NCBI GenBank assembly: GCA_963758635.1
Contig: CAVWWD010000007.1
Span: 1 to 64,000, forward strand
Source of the DNA: an uncultured Candidatus Rokubacteria bacterium
GTDB taxonomy: Bacteria > Methylomirabilota > Methylomirabilia > Rokubacteriales > CSP1-6
Length of the DNA stretch: 64,000 nucleotides
Direction of reading: 5' to 3'
A program made the translations under genes and the position numbers. Shown piece by piece: positions 1-11,897 of the stretch (positions are counted from its first letter, which is position 1; each line of letters starts with the position of its first letter). Below the pieces are notes generated by a model. The model did not search any database, was not told the origin of the DNA, and saw nothing but the letters and a program-made list of their open reading frames with translations.

Positions 1-34
1 CGCCGCCTGCGCCGCGCCCGCGCGCGAGCCGCGC

Positions 35-1228
35 TCAGCGGCCCCAGAGCTGGCGGGTGGCGAGGCGCGCGCCCTCGGCGAGGGCGGCGAACTTGAGCCA
101 CGCCACGCTCGGGTGCGTGTCGTTGAACCGGATCCCCGAGGCGGCGAACCCGCAGTCGGCGCCCGCGATCACGTTGTCGCGCCCGACGATGCGCGCGAAC
201 CGGACGATGCGCTCGGCGATCAGCTCCGGATGCTCGACGAGGTTCGTGGTGTGGCTGATGACGCCGGGGATCAGGACCATCCCGTCGGGCGGACGGAACG
301 TCTCGAACACGTGGTACTCGTGCTCGTGGCGCGGGTTCGCGGCCTCGAAGGAGAAGGCGCCGGCGCGGATCCCGAACAGCACGTCGACGATGTCGCGGAG
401 CTCCATGTCGTGCACGCGGGGCCCCACGTCGATGCTGTAGCAGGTGTGGAAGCGGACCCGCTCCGGGGGGATGCCGCGGAGCGACTCGTTGATCGCCTCG
501 ACGCGCCCGGCCGCCCACCGCCGGCATGCCGCCACGTCCGCGTCGGGATTCATCATGTAGTAGGTGACGAGGCGCGGGTCGTCGACCTGCAGGACGAAGC
601 CGGCGTCGACGATGGCCCGGTACTCCTCGCGGAGCGCGGCGGCGAGGGCGTGCTCGTACTCCTCGTCGCTCTTGTAGTACGCGTTCGGCAGCGTGGCGGA
701 GATGTAGGACGGGGCGATGGCCGGCATGAACACCTCTTCGTGGGGCAGCCCCGCCACCGCCGCCTTCAGCGTCTCGATGTCGCCGCGGATCGCCGCCTGT
801 CCCTTGTAGGTCACCGGGCCCGTGCAGACGTCGATCCCGTGGCGGCGGTCGCCGCCGCGGCCGCCCGCCCACTCGGCGATCTTCTCGGACCACGCGTAGT
901 AGTCGGGGAAGGCCCGGTACTCACGACTCGTCCCGCGCGCATTGCCTTCCTGGCCGGGCGGCGAGGGCCGCCGCTCGAAGCCGGTGAAGCGCTCCACGAC
1001 GTAGCCGAAGAAGCTCGCCTTGCCCTGCTCGCCGTCGGTGACGACGTCGATGCCCGCCTCCGACTGCTTCCGCACCGTCTCGGCGACCGCGGCCCGGACC
1101 AGCCGCGCGTAGGCGTCGGCGTCGTACGGCTGGCCGCGATCCTTGGCCTTGAGGAGGGGGACCAGCTCGTCGGGCCGGGCCAGGCTGCCGACGTGAGTGG
1201 TGAGGATGCGCTCCGTGCTTCGCTTCAT
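35..1228 (-). CDS. Cobalamin-independent methionine synthase II family protein (MetE C-terminal-like)
   Basis: 397 aa ORF with TTHVGSL start, DGEQGK, HTC and GADCGF Zn-ligand motifs. Confidence 0.9.
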   Translation of the reverse strand: MKRSTERILTTHVGSLARPDELVPLLKAKDRGQPYDADAYARLVRAAVAETVRKQSEAGIDVVTDGEQGKASFFGYVVERFTGFERRPSPPGQEGNARGTSREYRAFPDYYAWSEKIAEWAGGRGGDRRHGIDVCTGPVTYKGQAAIRGDIETLKAAVAGLPHEEVFMPAIAPSYISATLPNAYYKSDEEYEHALAAALREEYRAIVDAGFVLQVDDPRLVTYYMMNPDADVAACRRWAAGRVEAINESLRGIPPERVRFHTCYSIDVGPRVHDMELRDIVDVLFGIRAGAFSFEAANPRHEHEYHVFETFRPPDGMVLIPGVISHTTNLVEHPELIAERIVRFARIVGRDNVIAGADCGFAASGIRFNDTHPSVAWLKFAALAEGARLATRQLWGR

Positions 1229-1248
1229 CGGGTCTCTGGGCGCGCGCC

Positions 1249-2436
1249 TCAGACCACGCCGCGCGCCCGGAGCCCCGCGATGTCGCTCGCGCTGTAGCCC
1301 AGCTCGCCGAGGATCGCGTCGGTGTGCTCGCCCAGCGCGGGCGCGGGATGACGGAAGCGTCCGGGCGTCTCGGAGAGGTCGACGGGCGTCGGCGCGAGGG
1401 GCACCGGGCGACGGAGACCCGGGTAATCCTGGTCCTGCAGCAGGCCCGCGGCGCGGATGTGCGGATCGTCCAGCGCCTGCTGGGGCGAGTAGAGCGGGCC
1501 CGCGGGGATCTTCGCCTTCTCGAGCTCGGCCAGGACCTGCTCCGTCGTCCGCTCAGCCGTCCACTCGGAGACACGCTTGGAGATGATCTCGCCGTGATCG
1601 CCGCGCGACTCGTCGTCCTTGAAGCGCGGGTCGGTGAGCCAGCTCTCGTCGCCCAGGACCTTGACCCAGCGCGCGAACATCGGGTTGCCGATGGCGTAGG
1701 CGATGATCCAGCCGTCCCTGGTGCGGAACACGTCCGAGGGCGCCGAGGTCTGCCCGCGGTTCAGCGTGGCCACGCGGTTCGGCGCGATGACCTGCTGCTC
1801 CACGAGGGCGGGGTTGTTGAAGGCCACCGCGGTGCGGAGCAGCGCGCCCTCGACCTTCTGCCCGCGCCCCGTTTTCTGCCGGGCCATCAGGGCGGCCAGC
1901 GTGCCGAAGGCGGCCTGCGAGGCGGTGCCGCAGTCCACCCAGGCCACCGAGGCGCGGATGGGCTGGTCGGGCGTGCCCGTCATGTACGCGGAGCCGCACA
2001 TGACCTGGCCGATGCCGTCGAAGCCGTGCTTGTGGCTCCACGGCCCGCCCGCGCCGAAGGCGGTCACGGTGGTGAGGATGATGTCGGGCTTCACCGCGCG
2101 CAGGCTCTCGAGGTCGAGGGAGAGCGAGCGGAGCACCTCCGGGGGCAGGTTGGCGACGACGACGTCGGCTCCGGCCACGAGCTTCCGCACGATCTCGCGC
2201 CCCTCCGGGCTCGCGGGATCGAGTGTCATCCCGCGCTTGTTCCGGTTCATGGTCACGTACAGCGCGCCGCCGCCGTCGTCGCCCCCGATCGGCGACACCC
2301 AGCGGTCCTCGCCGCCGCCGCGGCGCTCGATCCGGATCACGTCGGCGCCGAGGTCGGCGAGGAGCGCGGCGCAGTACGGCCCCGCGATGTAGCGCCCGAA
2401 GTCCAGCACGCGAATGCCCGCCAGCACGTCTTGCAT
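1249..2436 (-). CDS. CaiB/BaiF (family III) CoA-transferase
   Basis: LAGIRVLDFGRYIAGP, LADLGADVIRIE, NRNKRG and APALGEHT motifs; start placed at ATG 2436. Confidence 0.92.
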   Translation of the reverse strand: MQDVLAGIRVLDFGRYIAGPYCAALLADLGADVIRIERRGGGEDRWVSPIGGDDGGGALYVTMNRNKRGMTLDPASPEGREIVRKLVAGADVVVANLPPEVLRSLSLDLESLRAVKPDIILTTVTAFGAGGPWSHKHGFDGIGQVMCGSAYMTGTPDQPIRASVAWVDCGTASQAAFGTLAALMARQKTGRGQKVEGALLRTAVAFNNPALVEQQVIAPNRVATLNRGQTSAPSDVFRTRDGWIIAYAIGNPMFARWVKVLGDESWLTDPRFKDDESRGDHGEIISKRVSEWTAERTTEQVLAELEKAKIPAGPLYSPQQALDDPHIRAAGLLQDQDYPGLRRPVPLAPTPVDLSETPGRFRHPAPALGEHTDAILGELGYSASDIAGLRARGVV

Positions 2437-2545
2437 GGTTGCCTCGCTCACGGATGCCTCCCGGTCCTTATGACCCTCGCAGAATACGGTAACCGCCACG
2501 GGCCCCTACAGTCCTACCGCTCGGCATTAGTCTGATGCGCGGGGC

Positions 2546-3295
2546 TTACGAGCGCGCCTTGCCCTGGGCCGCCACCGCCTGCATCGCCGCCTGGATCGCC
2601 GCGGGATCGCCGAGGTAGTAGTGCCGGAGGGGGCGCAGCGTCTTGTCCAGCTCGTAGACCAGCGGGACGCCGGTCGGAATGTTCACCTCGACGATGTCGG
2701 CGTCGGAGACGTCGTCCAGGTACTTCACGAGGGCGCGGATGCTGTTGCCGTGCGCGGCCACCAGCACCTGCTTGCCCGCGCGGATGGCCGGCCCGATGTT
2801 GCCGTGCCAGTAGGGCAGGAAGCGGGCCACCGTGTCCTTGAGGCACTCGGTCATGGGCAGCTCGGCCGCGGACAGGTCGTGGTAGCGGGGATCGTTGCCC
2901 GCGTCGCGCGCGTCACCGCGCTCGAGCGGGGGCGGGGGAATGTCGTAGCTCCGGCGCCAGATCTTCACCTGGGCCTCGCCGAACTTCGCCGCCGTTTCCG
3001 CCTTGTCCAGGCCCTGGAGGGCGCCGTAGTGGCGCTCGTTGAGGCGCCACGACCGCTCCACGGGGATCCACAGGAGGTCCATCTCCTCGAGCACGATGAA
3101 GTGCGTGCGGATGGCCCGCGTGAGCACCGAGGTGAACGAGTAGTCGAAGGTGTAGCCCTCGGCCCGCAGGAGCTGCCCGGCGGCCCGCGCCTCCTCCCGG
3201 CCCTTCTCGGACAGGTCCACGTCGGTCCAGCCCGTGAACCGGTTCTCGCGGTTCCAGTCGCTCTCCCCGTGGCGGACGAGGACGACGCGATACAT
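2546..3295 (-). CDS. gpmA: 2,3-bisphosphoglycerate-dependent phosphoglycerate mutase
   Basis: [32 protein letters not shown] and AAHGNS motifs. Confidence 0.97.
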   Translation of the reverse strand: MYRVVLVRHGESDWNRENRFTGWTDVDLSEKGREEARAAGQLLRAEGYTFDYSFTSVLTRAIRTHFIVLEEMDLLWIPVERSWRLNERHYGALQGLDKAETAAKFGEAQVKIWRRSYDIPPPPLERGDARDAGNDPRYHDLSAAELPMTECLKDTVARFLPYWHGNIGPAIRAGKQVLVAAHGNSIRALVKYLDDVSDADIVEVNIPTGVPLVYELDKTLRPLRHYYLGDPAAIQAAMQAVAAQGKARS

Positions 3296-3307
3296 GCGGA
3301 GCTCCGC

Positions 3308-4320
3308 CTAGCGCTTGCTGGCCATCAGGGCGGCGAGGTCGGCGATGCGGCAGGCGTAGCCCCACTCGTTGTCGTACCACGCGACGACCTTGACGAGCGT
3401 GCCGACCACCAGCGTGTCCATCGCGCTGAACACCGCGGAGTACGTGGTCCCGCGGAGATCGCTGGACACCAGCGCGCTCGTCGGTGACGTCGAGGATGCC
3501 CTTCATCGACCGCTGGGCGTAGTCGAGCATGGCGGCCGCGGATGTCGTCGCGGGTGGCCTCCTTGCCGAGCATCGCGGTGAAGTCGACCACCGACACGGT
3601 CGGGGTGGGCACGCGGAAGGCCATGCCGCCGAACTTGCCCTTCAGCTCGGGGATGACCAGGCCGACCGCGCGCGCCGCGCCCGTCTCCGACGGCACGATG
3701 TTCTGGGCGGCGGCGCGGGCGTCCCGCAGGTCCTTGGCGCCCACGTCCTGGAGCTTCTGGGAGTTGGTGTAGGCGTGGACGGTCGTGAGGAGGCCCCGCT
3801 CGATGCCGAAGCGGTCGTTGAGGACCTTCGCCACCGGCGCGAGCCCGTTGGTCGTGCACGACGCGTTCGACACCACGTGATGGGCGTCGGCGTCGTACTT
3901 GTCGTCGTTGACGCCGAGGACGATCGTGATGTCCTCGTTCCTGGCCGGCGCGGAGATGATCACCTTCCTCGCGCCGCCCGCCGTGATGTGGGCGCGGGCC
4001 TTCGTCGCGTCCGTGAAGAGGCCGGTGGACTCGATCACGAGGTCGACGCCGAGGTCCTTCCACTTGATCGCGCCCGGGTCGCGTTCCGCGGTGACGGTGA
4101 TGGTCTCGCCGTCGATGACGAGCTGGCTGTCCCGGGCCTCCACGGTGCCGGCATAGGCGCCGTAGGTCGAGTCGTACTTCAGCAGATGGGCGTTGGTGGC
4201 GGCGTCGAAGAGGTCGTTGACCGCCACTACGTGGAGCGCCTCGGGGTGGCGGGCCTTGATCGCCCGGTACGCCAGCCGGCCGATGCGGCCGAACCCGTTG
4301 ATGCCGATCCTCGTGGCCAT
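3308..4320 (-). CDS. gap: Type I glyceraldehyde-3-phosphate dehydrogenase (frameshifts near 3540 and 3475, likely sequencing errors)
   Basis: [27 protein letters not shown]-terminal [11 protein letters not shown] continues in another frame to TAG at 3308. Confidence 0.95.
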
Positions 4321-4509
4321 GGCGTGCCTCCTGTCGTGGGGGGTGGAATCGCGTGCTCGATTCTATCCCTTAGTCCGGATCATTCGCGAATGAACATGGA
4401 CCCTGAACAGACCGTTGGTCCGCTGAGCCCGTTCATGCATAGGTCGGCTTCGTCCGCATCATTGGCGAATGGAGGCGGATCCCGAACAGCGCGGCGGTCC
4501 GCTGCGGCA

Positions 4510-7393
4510 TCAACGGGCTTGCGCGGGCACGATCACCACGCGGAAGCGCGCCTCGGGGCGGAAGTGGCGCGCGAAGCGTCTCGCGCACCTCGTCGGCGGT
4601 GAAGCTCTCGTAGTCGGCGCGGATGCGCGCGAGGTCGTCGAGGGACAGGCCGCGGTAGTCGAGCGTGCTCAGGCGATCGGTCCAGAACGCGGGCGTCCGC
4701 ATCGCCTCGTCGAGCTGGTTGGCGACCTGCCGCTTGGCCACCGCCAGCTCCTCCGCGGTGGGGCCGGCGGCGGCGAACGCGGCGTACATCTCCTGGATGG
4801 CCCCGGCGAGCGTCTCCGCCTTGGCCGGCTCGGTGGGCGCCTGCGCGGTGAACGAGCCGAAGCCCGGATATGCCTCCCCGGGGCGCGATCGGGCGCCGAT
4901 GCTGTAGACGAGCTGCCGCTCCTCGCGGATCACCTTGTTCATCCGCGTGGAGAGCACCCGCGCGGCGAGGCCCAGGAGGCGGCTCTGCCGCACCTCCTGG
5001 ACGTCGGCGCCGAAGAACCCGTCCAGCACCTGCGCCTGGTCCGTGCGCGTGGGCACGGCGCGGCTGACCGCGATGGGTCCGGCGGGACGCCGCACCGCGC
5101 GGAGGTCGTGGAGCGTCTTGTCCGAGATGCGCGGGCGCGCGGGGAGCGATCCGAGGTAGCGCGACACGAGCTCGACGCTCCGCTCCCGCGGGATGTCGCC
5201 GACCACGGCCACCTCGATGGGGGCGCGCGCGATGAGCCGCGTGAGCCACGCCTGGACGGCGTCCCGGGAGAGCGCCGTGATCTGGGCGGTGCTCACCGGG
5301 TGCAGGCGCGCCTCGCCGGCGGGGAAGAACGCGGCGGCCAGCGCCTCGGCGAAGACCCCGCGCGGCGTCAGCGCGCGCTCGGCGACCTCGGCGAGCTTGC
5401 CCTGGCGCCACTGCTCGAAGCCCGCGCTCTCGACCAGGGGGTCGGTGAGGAGCAGATAGGCCAGCTCGAGCCCGCGCTCGAGCGCGGCGGGGTCGCCGGC
5501 CACCGAGAGCGCGACGGTGTCGGGGCCCATGTCGCCCTGCACGGCCACCTTCCGGCCTGTCATGAGCGTGCGCACCTCGGTGCTCGACAGCTTGCTCGTG
5601 GCCGGCCGGTCCCAGGCGCTCGCCGCCGCCTCGGTCACACCGCGGTTCGCGCCGCCTTCCTCGATCTCGCCCCCGGCCAGCGTGATCGTGACCGTGGCGC
5701 GGCCCTTCGGCTGCTCCACCTGGCGATGGTGGACGCGGACGCCGTTGTCGAGCCAGCCCGACCAGACGAGCGTGCCCGGGTGCGCCGCTCCGTCGACGAC
5801 GGCGGCCGCGGCCGGGGCCGCGGCGAGGAGCTTGTCCGGGCGCGCGCGGTTTGCCGGCGGGTCGGTCCGCACGTCGAGCGCGGTGCGGCTCAGGCCGACC
5901 AGCTCGCTCTCGGACGGCGCCGTCGCGCTCGACGGGAGCGTGAGCGCGAAGACGAGGCCGGCGGGATCCAGCGCCGTCGCGAAGGCGGTCGTCGTCTCGG
6001 CGGCGGAGATGCCGGGAAGGAGCCGGCGCGACAGCTCGAGCCCCTGGGCCGCCGAGAGCTTCGGCTCGCGGCGCGTCACCGCCTGGCTGATCTGCCGCAT
6101 GAGGTTCCGCGCGGGGAGGGTGGCCTCCTGCTCGGCGGCCTGCTCGGCAAAGGCCACGGAGGCGGCGCGGGCGTCCTCGAGCTCCGGCGCCGTGAAGCCG
6201 TGCTGGCGTACCCGCTGCACCTCGGCGGCGAGGTCGTTGAGCGCGGCCCGCCACCGGTCGGGCGTGGTGGTGGCCTGGGCGGTCCCCATCCGGAGCGCGC
6301 TCCCCCAGTCGGCGGCGGAGGCCGTGCCCTGGGAGAACGCCGCCTTCCCGGCGTCGAGCAGGGCGGCGAGGCGGCGTCGGAACATCCAGAAGGCGAGGTC
6401 GTCCACGAGACGCTCGCGGTAGGCCTCGACCGTGGCGACGGGCGCGCGCGGCGGGATGACGCGGGTCAGCGAGACCTCGGCCTGCGTCAGCTCGGGGTCG
6501 GTGACGACGACGGCGCGCGTGCCCAGCGTGGCCGTGACGCCGACGGGGCGCGGCTCGGGGCGAGGACGCCGCGGCATGGCGCCGAAGTGGCGCGCGATGG
6601 CCGCCACCGCGTCGGGCGGGGCGAGGTCGCCGACCATGATGACCGTCATGTTGCTGGGCACGTACCACCGCGCGTAGTAGTCGCGGAAATCCGCGGGGCG
6701 GACGGCCCGGATCGTCTCCTCCGTTCCGATGGGCAGGCGGCGACCGAGCGTGGACTCCGGGGCCAGCCGCTTGAGGACCTCGTCCCCCACGCGCTCCGAC
6801 GACCCGGCCCGCGCGCGCTTCTCCTCGAGCACGATCTGCCGCTCGGGATCGATCTTCGCGGGGTCGAGGGTGAGCCGCGCCGCGACGTCGGACAGGAACA
6901 GGAGCCCGCGGTCGAGCGTCTCCGGCTTCGTGTCGGGCAGGGCCAGCGTGTAGACGGTCTGGTCGAGGCCGGTGAAGGCGTTCTGGTCGCGCCCGAAGGC
7001 CATGCCCAGGCTCTGGAAGAACGGGATCAGCGAGCCGGGAGGGAAGTTCGCGGACCCGTTGAAGGCCATGTGCTCCAGGAAGTGGGCGAGGCCCCGGGTG
7101 TCCTCGGTCTCGTTGAGCGATCCCGAGGCCACGTGCAGCCACACCGCCACGCGCCCGGGCGGATTCGCGTGCGGCCGGATGATGTAGGCGAGCCCGTTCT
7201 CCAGGGCGCCCGTGACGAGCACGGGATCGGTGGGCAGCCGCTCGCCCTCCGCGGGCCGCGGCGCCGACGCGGCCGCGGCGCCGCCGGGGGCGGCGCAGGA
7301 GACCAGCGTGGCCGCGAGCAGGGCGATCGCGGCGTGGCGAGCGCGGATGTCGAGCCGTTCGGTTGGCACGGTTGGAATTTCCTCCCCCCGCAA
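4510..7393 (-). CDS. M16 family (pitrilysin/PqqL-like) zinc peptidase, predicted lipoprotein
   Basis: GLAHFLEHMAFNGS inverted zincin motif, NAFT, two M16 halves, LVSC lipobox; last codons frameshifted, TGA at 4510. Confidence 0.9.
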
Positions 7394-7485
7394 GATACCG
7401 GCGAATCGCGGGCGCGTATAGCGCCCCCCGGCCCACCCCTTGACGGCCGAGCCGCCGCCCGCGTAGCGTGCGGCCGGGCCACGGC

Positions 7486-9308
7486 ATGTCGCTCTTCTCG
7501 ATCCAGCTCCTGAGCGGGCTCGCCAACGCGATGTTCCTCTTCCTGGTCGCGTCGGGCCTGTCGCTGATCTTCGGGGTCACCCGCATCGTCAACTTCGCTC
7601 ACGGCTCGCTCTACATGCTCGCCGCGTACCTCACGTACACGCTGGTCGGCGTCCTGCCCCTGGGCCCGGCCGCGTTCTACGCGGGCGTGCTCCTGGCCGC
7701 CCTCGCCGTGGCCGTGCTCGGCGGGCTCGTCGAGGTGCTCCTCCTCCGTCGCGTCTACCGGGCGCCGGAGCTGTACCAGCTCCTGCTCACCTTCGCCCTC
7801 GTGCTCCTCACCGCCGACGCCGTGCGCTTCATCTGGGGCGCGGACAACAAGACGGGCCCCGCCGCGCCCGGCCTCGCCGGCTCGGTGCGCATCGCCGGCC
7901 AGCTCTTCCCCGCCTACGACCTCGCCATGATCGGCGCCGGGCCCGTGGTGGCGCTCGGGCTGTGGGCGCTCTTCCACCGCACGCGGTGGGGCGTGCTCAT
8001 CCGCGCCGCCACCCAGGACCGCGAGATGGTCGCGGCGCTCGGCGTCGACCAGTCGCGCCTGTTCACCTCGGTGTTCGTGCTCGGCTCGTTCCTCGCCGGG
8101 CTCGCGGGGGCGCTCCAGGTGCCGCGGGTCGCCGTCACCACCGTCATGGACACCACGGTGATCGTGGAGGCCTTCGTCGTGGTGGTCATCGGCGGGATGG
8201 GCTCGGTGTGGGGCGCGCTCCTCGCCGCGATCCTGATCGGCGTGCTGAACGCCTTCGGCATCCTCGTCCTGCCGCGCATCACCATCGTGCTCATGTTCGT
8301 GGTCATGGCCGTGGTGCTCGTGGTCCGGCCGTGGGGCCTCCTCGGCCGCCCGGAGATCGCGCTCCGCGCCTCGGCGCGGAGCGCCGCGCCGGCGCCGCCC
8401 CGTCCCATCGCCGCGTGGTGGGCGGCCGCCGCTCGGCATCGCGCTCCTGGCCGCGCCGCTCGTCCTGCCCACGTTCTACGTGTGGCTCCTCGTGGAGGTG
8501 CTGGCCTTCGCGCTCTTCGCCTCGAGCCTGTACCTGTTGATGGGGCTCGGCGGCATGGTCTCGTTCGGCCACGCCGCCTACTTCGGGCTGGGCGCCTACG
8601 GGGCGGCGCTGCTGATGAAGCTCGCGGGCGCGCCGATGCCGCTCGCGTTCGTGGGCGGGCCGGTGACGGCCGCGGTGGTGGGCGCGGTCTTCGGCTACTT
8701 CTGCGTCCGGCTGTCGAGCATCTACTTCGCCATGCTCACGCTCGCCTTCGCGCAGATCGTGTACGCCGTCGTCCACCAGTGGGACGAGGTGACGGGCGGC
8801 GACAACGGGGTCCTCAGCGTGTGGCCCGCCCCGTGGCTCGCGGGGCCGGTGCGCTACTACTACTGGACGCTCGCCGTCGCCGTCGTCGGCCTGGTCGCGC
8901 TCCGGCGCGTGACCGTGTCGCCGTTCGGGCTGGCCCTCCGCGCGGCCCGCGACCACCCGCGCCGGGCCGAGGCGGTGGGCGTGGACATCCGCGCGCACCA
9001 GCTCGCCGCCTTCGTCGTGGCCGCGTTCGTCGCGGGCCTGGGCGGCGCCACGTTCGTCTTCCTGAAGGGCAGCGCCTTTCCCACGCTGGTGGACGCCAGC
9101 GGCCTCGGTGCAGCCGCTGGTGATGGTGCTGCTGGGCGGCGTCGAGTCGTTCGCGGGGCCGCTCGCCGGCGCCGCCGTCTACAAGGTGCTGGACACGCTG
9201 ATCACCCGCGTGACCGACTACTGGTCGGCGGTGCTGGGCGTGGTCCTGCTCGTCCTCGTGATCGCCTTCCCCCGCGGCCTGATGGGGACCTTGGGAAGGC
9301 GGGCGTGA
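7486..9308 (+). CDS. Branched-chain amino acid ABC permease, probable LivH-LivM fusion (frameshifts near 8430 and 9100)
   Basis: GLSLIFGVTRIVNFAHG (LivH) runs without a stop into GMVSFGHAAYFGLGAY and TGGDNG (LivM). Confidence 0.8.
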
Positions 9309-9363
9309 TGTTCCCGCGCGGGGTGGAAGTGCGCGGGACAGTTGGAACTCTGGGAAGACGGGC

Positions 9364-10125
9364 GTGACGGAGACGGTGCTGGAGGTGCGCGGGCTGCGCA
9401 AGGCGTTCGGAGGAGTGCGCGCCGTCGACGGCGTGGACCTGGCGCTGCCGCGCGGGGAGATCCGCGCCCTCATCGGCCCCAACGGGGCGGGGAAGACGAC
9501 GCTGTTCAACATGCTCTCCGGGCAGCTCCGGCCCGACGCCGGCGAGGTCAGGCTCGACGGCTCGCGGCTCACCGGGCTGCCGCCTCACGTCGTGTGGCGG
9601 CGCGGGGTGAGCCGCACGTTCCAGATCACCGCCACGTTCGCCTCGCTCACCGTCCTCGAGAACGTGCAGGTCGCGCGGCTCTCCCACCGGCGGCGCACGT
9701 TCGTCATGCATCGGCCGGCCGCGGCCGAGGAGGCGGAGGCGGCGCGGCAGGGGCTCGAGCGGGTGGGGCTCGCCGAGCACGCCGACCGCACGGCCGCCGC
9801 CCTCGCCTACGGCGACCAGAAGAAGCTCGAGCTGGCGGTGGCCCTGGCGAGCGACCCGGTGGTCCTCCTGCTCGACGAGCCCACCGCGGGCATGGCGCCC
9901 GCCGAGCGGGGCGCCCTCATGGCGCTGGTGGCGCGGCTTGCCCGCGAGCGGGCGCTCACCGTGCTGTTCACGGAGCACGACATGGACGCCGTGTTCGCCG
10001 TGGCCGAGCGGATCACCGTGCTGCACCAGGGCCGCGTGATCGCCTCGGGCGCCCCCGCCGAGGTCGCGCCGCCGACGCCGCTGAGGCTGCCGAGCCGCCG
10101 TCTACGCTGGGCGTGGAGGTGCTGA
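9364..10125 (+). CDS. Branched-chain amino acid ABC ATP-binding protein (LivG-like)
   Basis: GPNGAGKTT, LLDEP, EHDM; 3' end probably frameshifted. Confidence 0.9.
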   Translation: MTETVLEVRGLRKAFGGVRAVDGVDLALPRGEIRALIGPNGAGKTTLFNMLSGQLRPDAGEVRLDGSRLTGLPPHVVWRRGVSRTFQITATFASLTVLENVQVARLSHRRRTFVMHRPAAAEEAEAARQGLERVGLAEHADRTAAALAYGDQKKLELAVALASDPVVLLLDEPTAGMAPAERGALMALVARLARERALTVLFTEHDMDAVFAVAERITVLHQGRVIASGAPAEVAPPTPLRLPSRRLRWAWRC

Positions 10126-10273
10126 TGCCGATGGCGGTAGCATCGCCGGCGCTCCGAGTCGCGGCTCCGATAGCTGTGCACCGAGACCGTCACGACGACG
10201 GCGCGTGGAGATGCGGAGCCTGCTCTGCTGCGCCGACACGTGGGCGTCACGCTACCACGAGGAGTAGACATCC

Positions 10274-11047
10274 ATGAGCGACGCCTACGACTGGGAGGCG
10301 ATCGTCAACGGGCTCAACCAGCACCTGCGCCTGCGCTCGATCCCCATCGGGATGAAGCTCTTCGAGACGGTGGAGGAGATGGAGGCGATCCCGCGGATCC
10401 GCCGCCCGCGCGTGAAGCACACCACCGACCAGATCGTGGCCCAGGCGCGCCAGCTCGGCTTCACCGTGGGCATCACCATGGACGACCTGGTGGGCGCGCA
10501 GTGCGGCGCGGTCATCGGGCTCTCCCCGCAGAACGACGAGTGGCTGTCGGGCAAGCGCATGGCCGGCGTCTGGTTCAAGACCCTCGAGGACGCCTCCGCG
10601 CACCAGCACGCGATGGACTGCGTGCCCTACGGCCGCTACCGCGCCATGGCGGTGTCGCCGCTCACCGCGGGCCGCCTCGACCCGCCCGACATCTGCCTGA
10701 TCTACGGCACGCCCGGCCAGATGATCTTCTTCATCAACGGGCTGCAGTGGACGGGATACAAGAAGATGAGCTTCACCTCGGTCGGCGAGTCCGCGTGCGC
10801 CGACTCGTGGGGCAAGGCGCTCAAGACGGGCGAGCCCGCGCTGACGATCCCGTGCTACGCGGAGCGCCGCTACGGCGGCGTGGCCGACGACGAGATGCTG
10901 ATGGCGATCCCGCCGCGCTTCCTGCCCGGCGTGATCGAGGGGCTGGCCGCGCTCTCCCGGAACGGGCTCCGCTACCCGATTCCTCCGTACGGCATCCAGA
11001 GTGACGCCGCCGCCGGCCTCTCCGTGAGCTACGCGGACAAGAAGTAG
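10274..11047 (+). CDS. DUF169 domain protein
   Basis: 257 aa, GAGGAG RBS; PIGMKL, PDICLIYGTPGQM, ESACAD and PCYAERRYG pattern. Confidence 0.75.
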   Translation: MSDAYDWEAIVNGLNQHLRLRSIPIGMKLFETVEEMEAIPRIRRPRVKHTTDQIVAQARQLGFTVGITMDDLVGAQCGAVIGLSPQNDEWLSGKRMAGVWFKTLEDASAHQHAMDCVPYGRYRAMAVSPLTAGRLDPPDICLIYGTPGQMIFFINGLQWTGYKKMSFTSVGESACADSWGKALKTGEPALTIPCYAERRYGGVADDEMLMAIPPRFLPGVIEGLAALSRNGLRYPIPPYGIQSDAAAGLSVSYADKK

Positions 11048-11052
11048 GCCGC

Positions 11053-11764
11053 CTACTCGGTGGCGAGCGTGCGGCGCCGCTCGCGGTGGTGCGCGAGGAG
11101 CTCGCGTGTTGGCGGCAGCGATCGTCGCCGCCGCCTCGGCGATTCGCGGCAGGTCCCTGGCCGCGACCACCACGTACAGCTCGTCCTCGCCCAGGTCGGT
11201 GTAGACACGATTGCCGATGCACCCGGAGCTGGTGATGAGGCCGTGGGTGAGCGCGGCGGGCAGCGCCATGCACGTCGGTCGGCCGAGCGCGGGCATCTGC
11301 GTGCTCACGCCCGCGCGGAGGGCGGCTTCCTGCAGGAGCATCAGGCGGCCCGGGCGGCCGGCGAAGATCACCACGTCCGGGGGAACGGGCGTGGCGGCGA
11401 GCGGCGCGTACACCACGGCGCCCGGCGTCCGGGGCAGGGTGGGGATCGACGGCACCTCGGCGGGCCGGATGTAGCCGATGCCCGTCATGAACCCGAGCAT
11501 CTCCGGCAGCTCCCGCGAGCGCTCCGCCGGCAGCGGCATGTTGTGGGTGTGGCTGCCGATCACGCAGCCGTGATGATCGGCGGGCACCGTGTAGAAGGCG
11601 CGGCCCGCCGCGGCGAGCCGCCAGAAGCTGCAGCCCGACGGCTCGACGCCCGCGAACTTCTCGACGCCCGCGGGCGGCGCGTCGAGGAACGCGACGGCGA
11701 CAGGCGCACGGTTGAGGCCGAGGGTCGAGACGAGGGTCTGCTCGAGTGCGCTGTAGTCCGTCAT
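11053..11764 (-). CDS. DUF169 domain protein (second, divergent; frameshift near 11105)
   Basis: PVAVAF, GCSFWR, PDVVIF, RPTC and GCIGNRVYT motifs; AGGAG RBS before ATG 11764. Confidence 0.75.
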
Positions 11765-11897
11765 CGTCGGGTGTCTCCTGGCTCCGGGGTTTGATTCGGC
11801 GGACACGGGCGGTCGCCTCGTGGAGTGTACCGCGCCGCGGGCCGCCGCGGACGCCCGCGCCTTGACGGCTCGCGAGCGCGGTGCCAGTATCCGTGCC

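Noticed and set aside
4469..7592. Long alternative-frame and antisense ORFs (here and throughout, e.g. 19143-22196)
   Set aside because: Arg/Pro/Gly-rich shadow ORFs expected at this GC content, overlapping well-supported genes.
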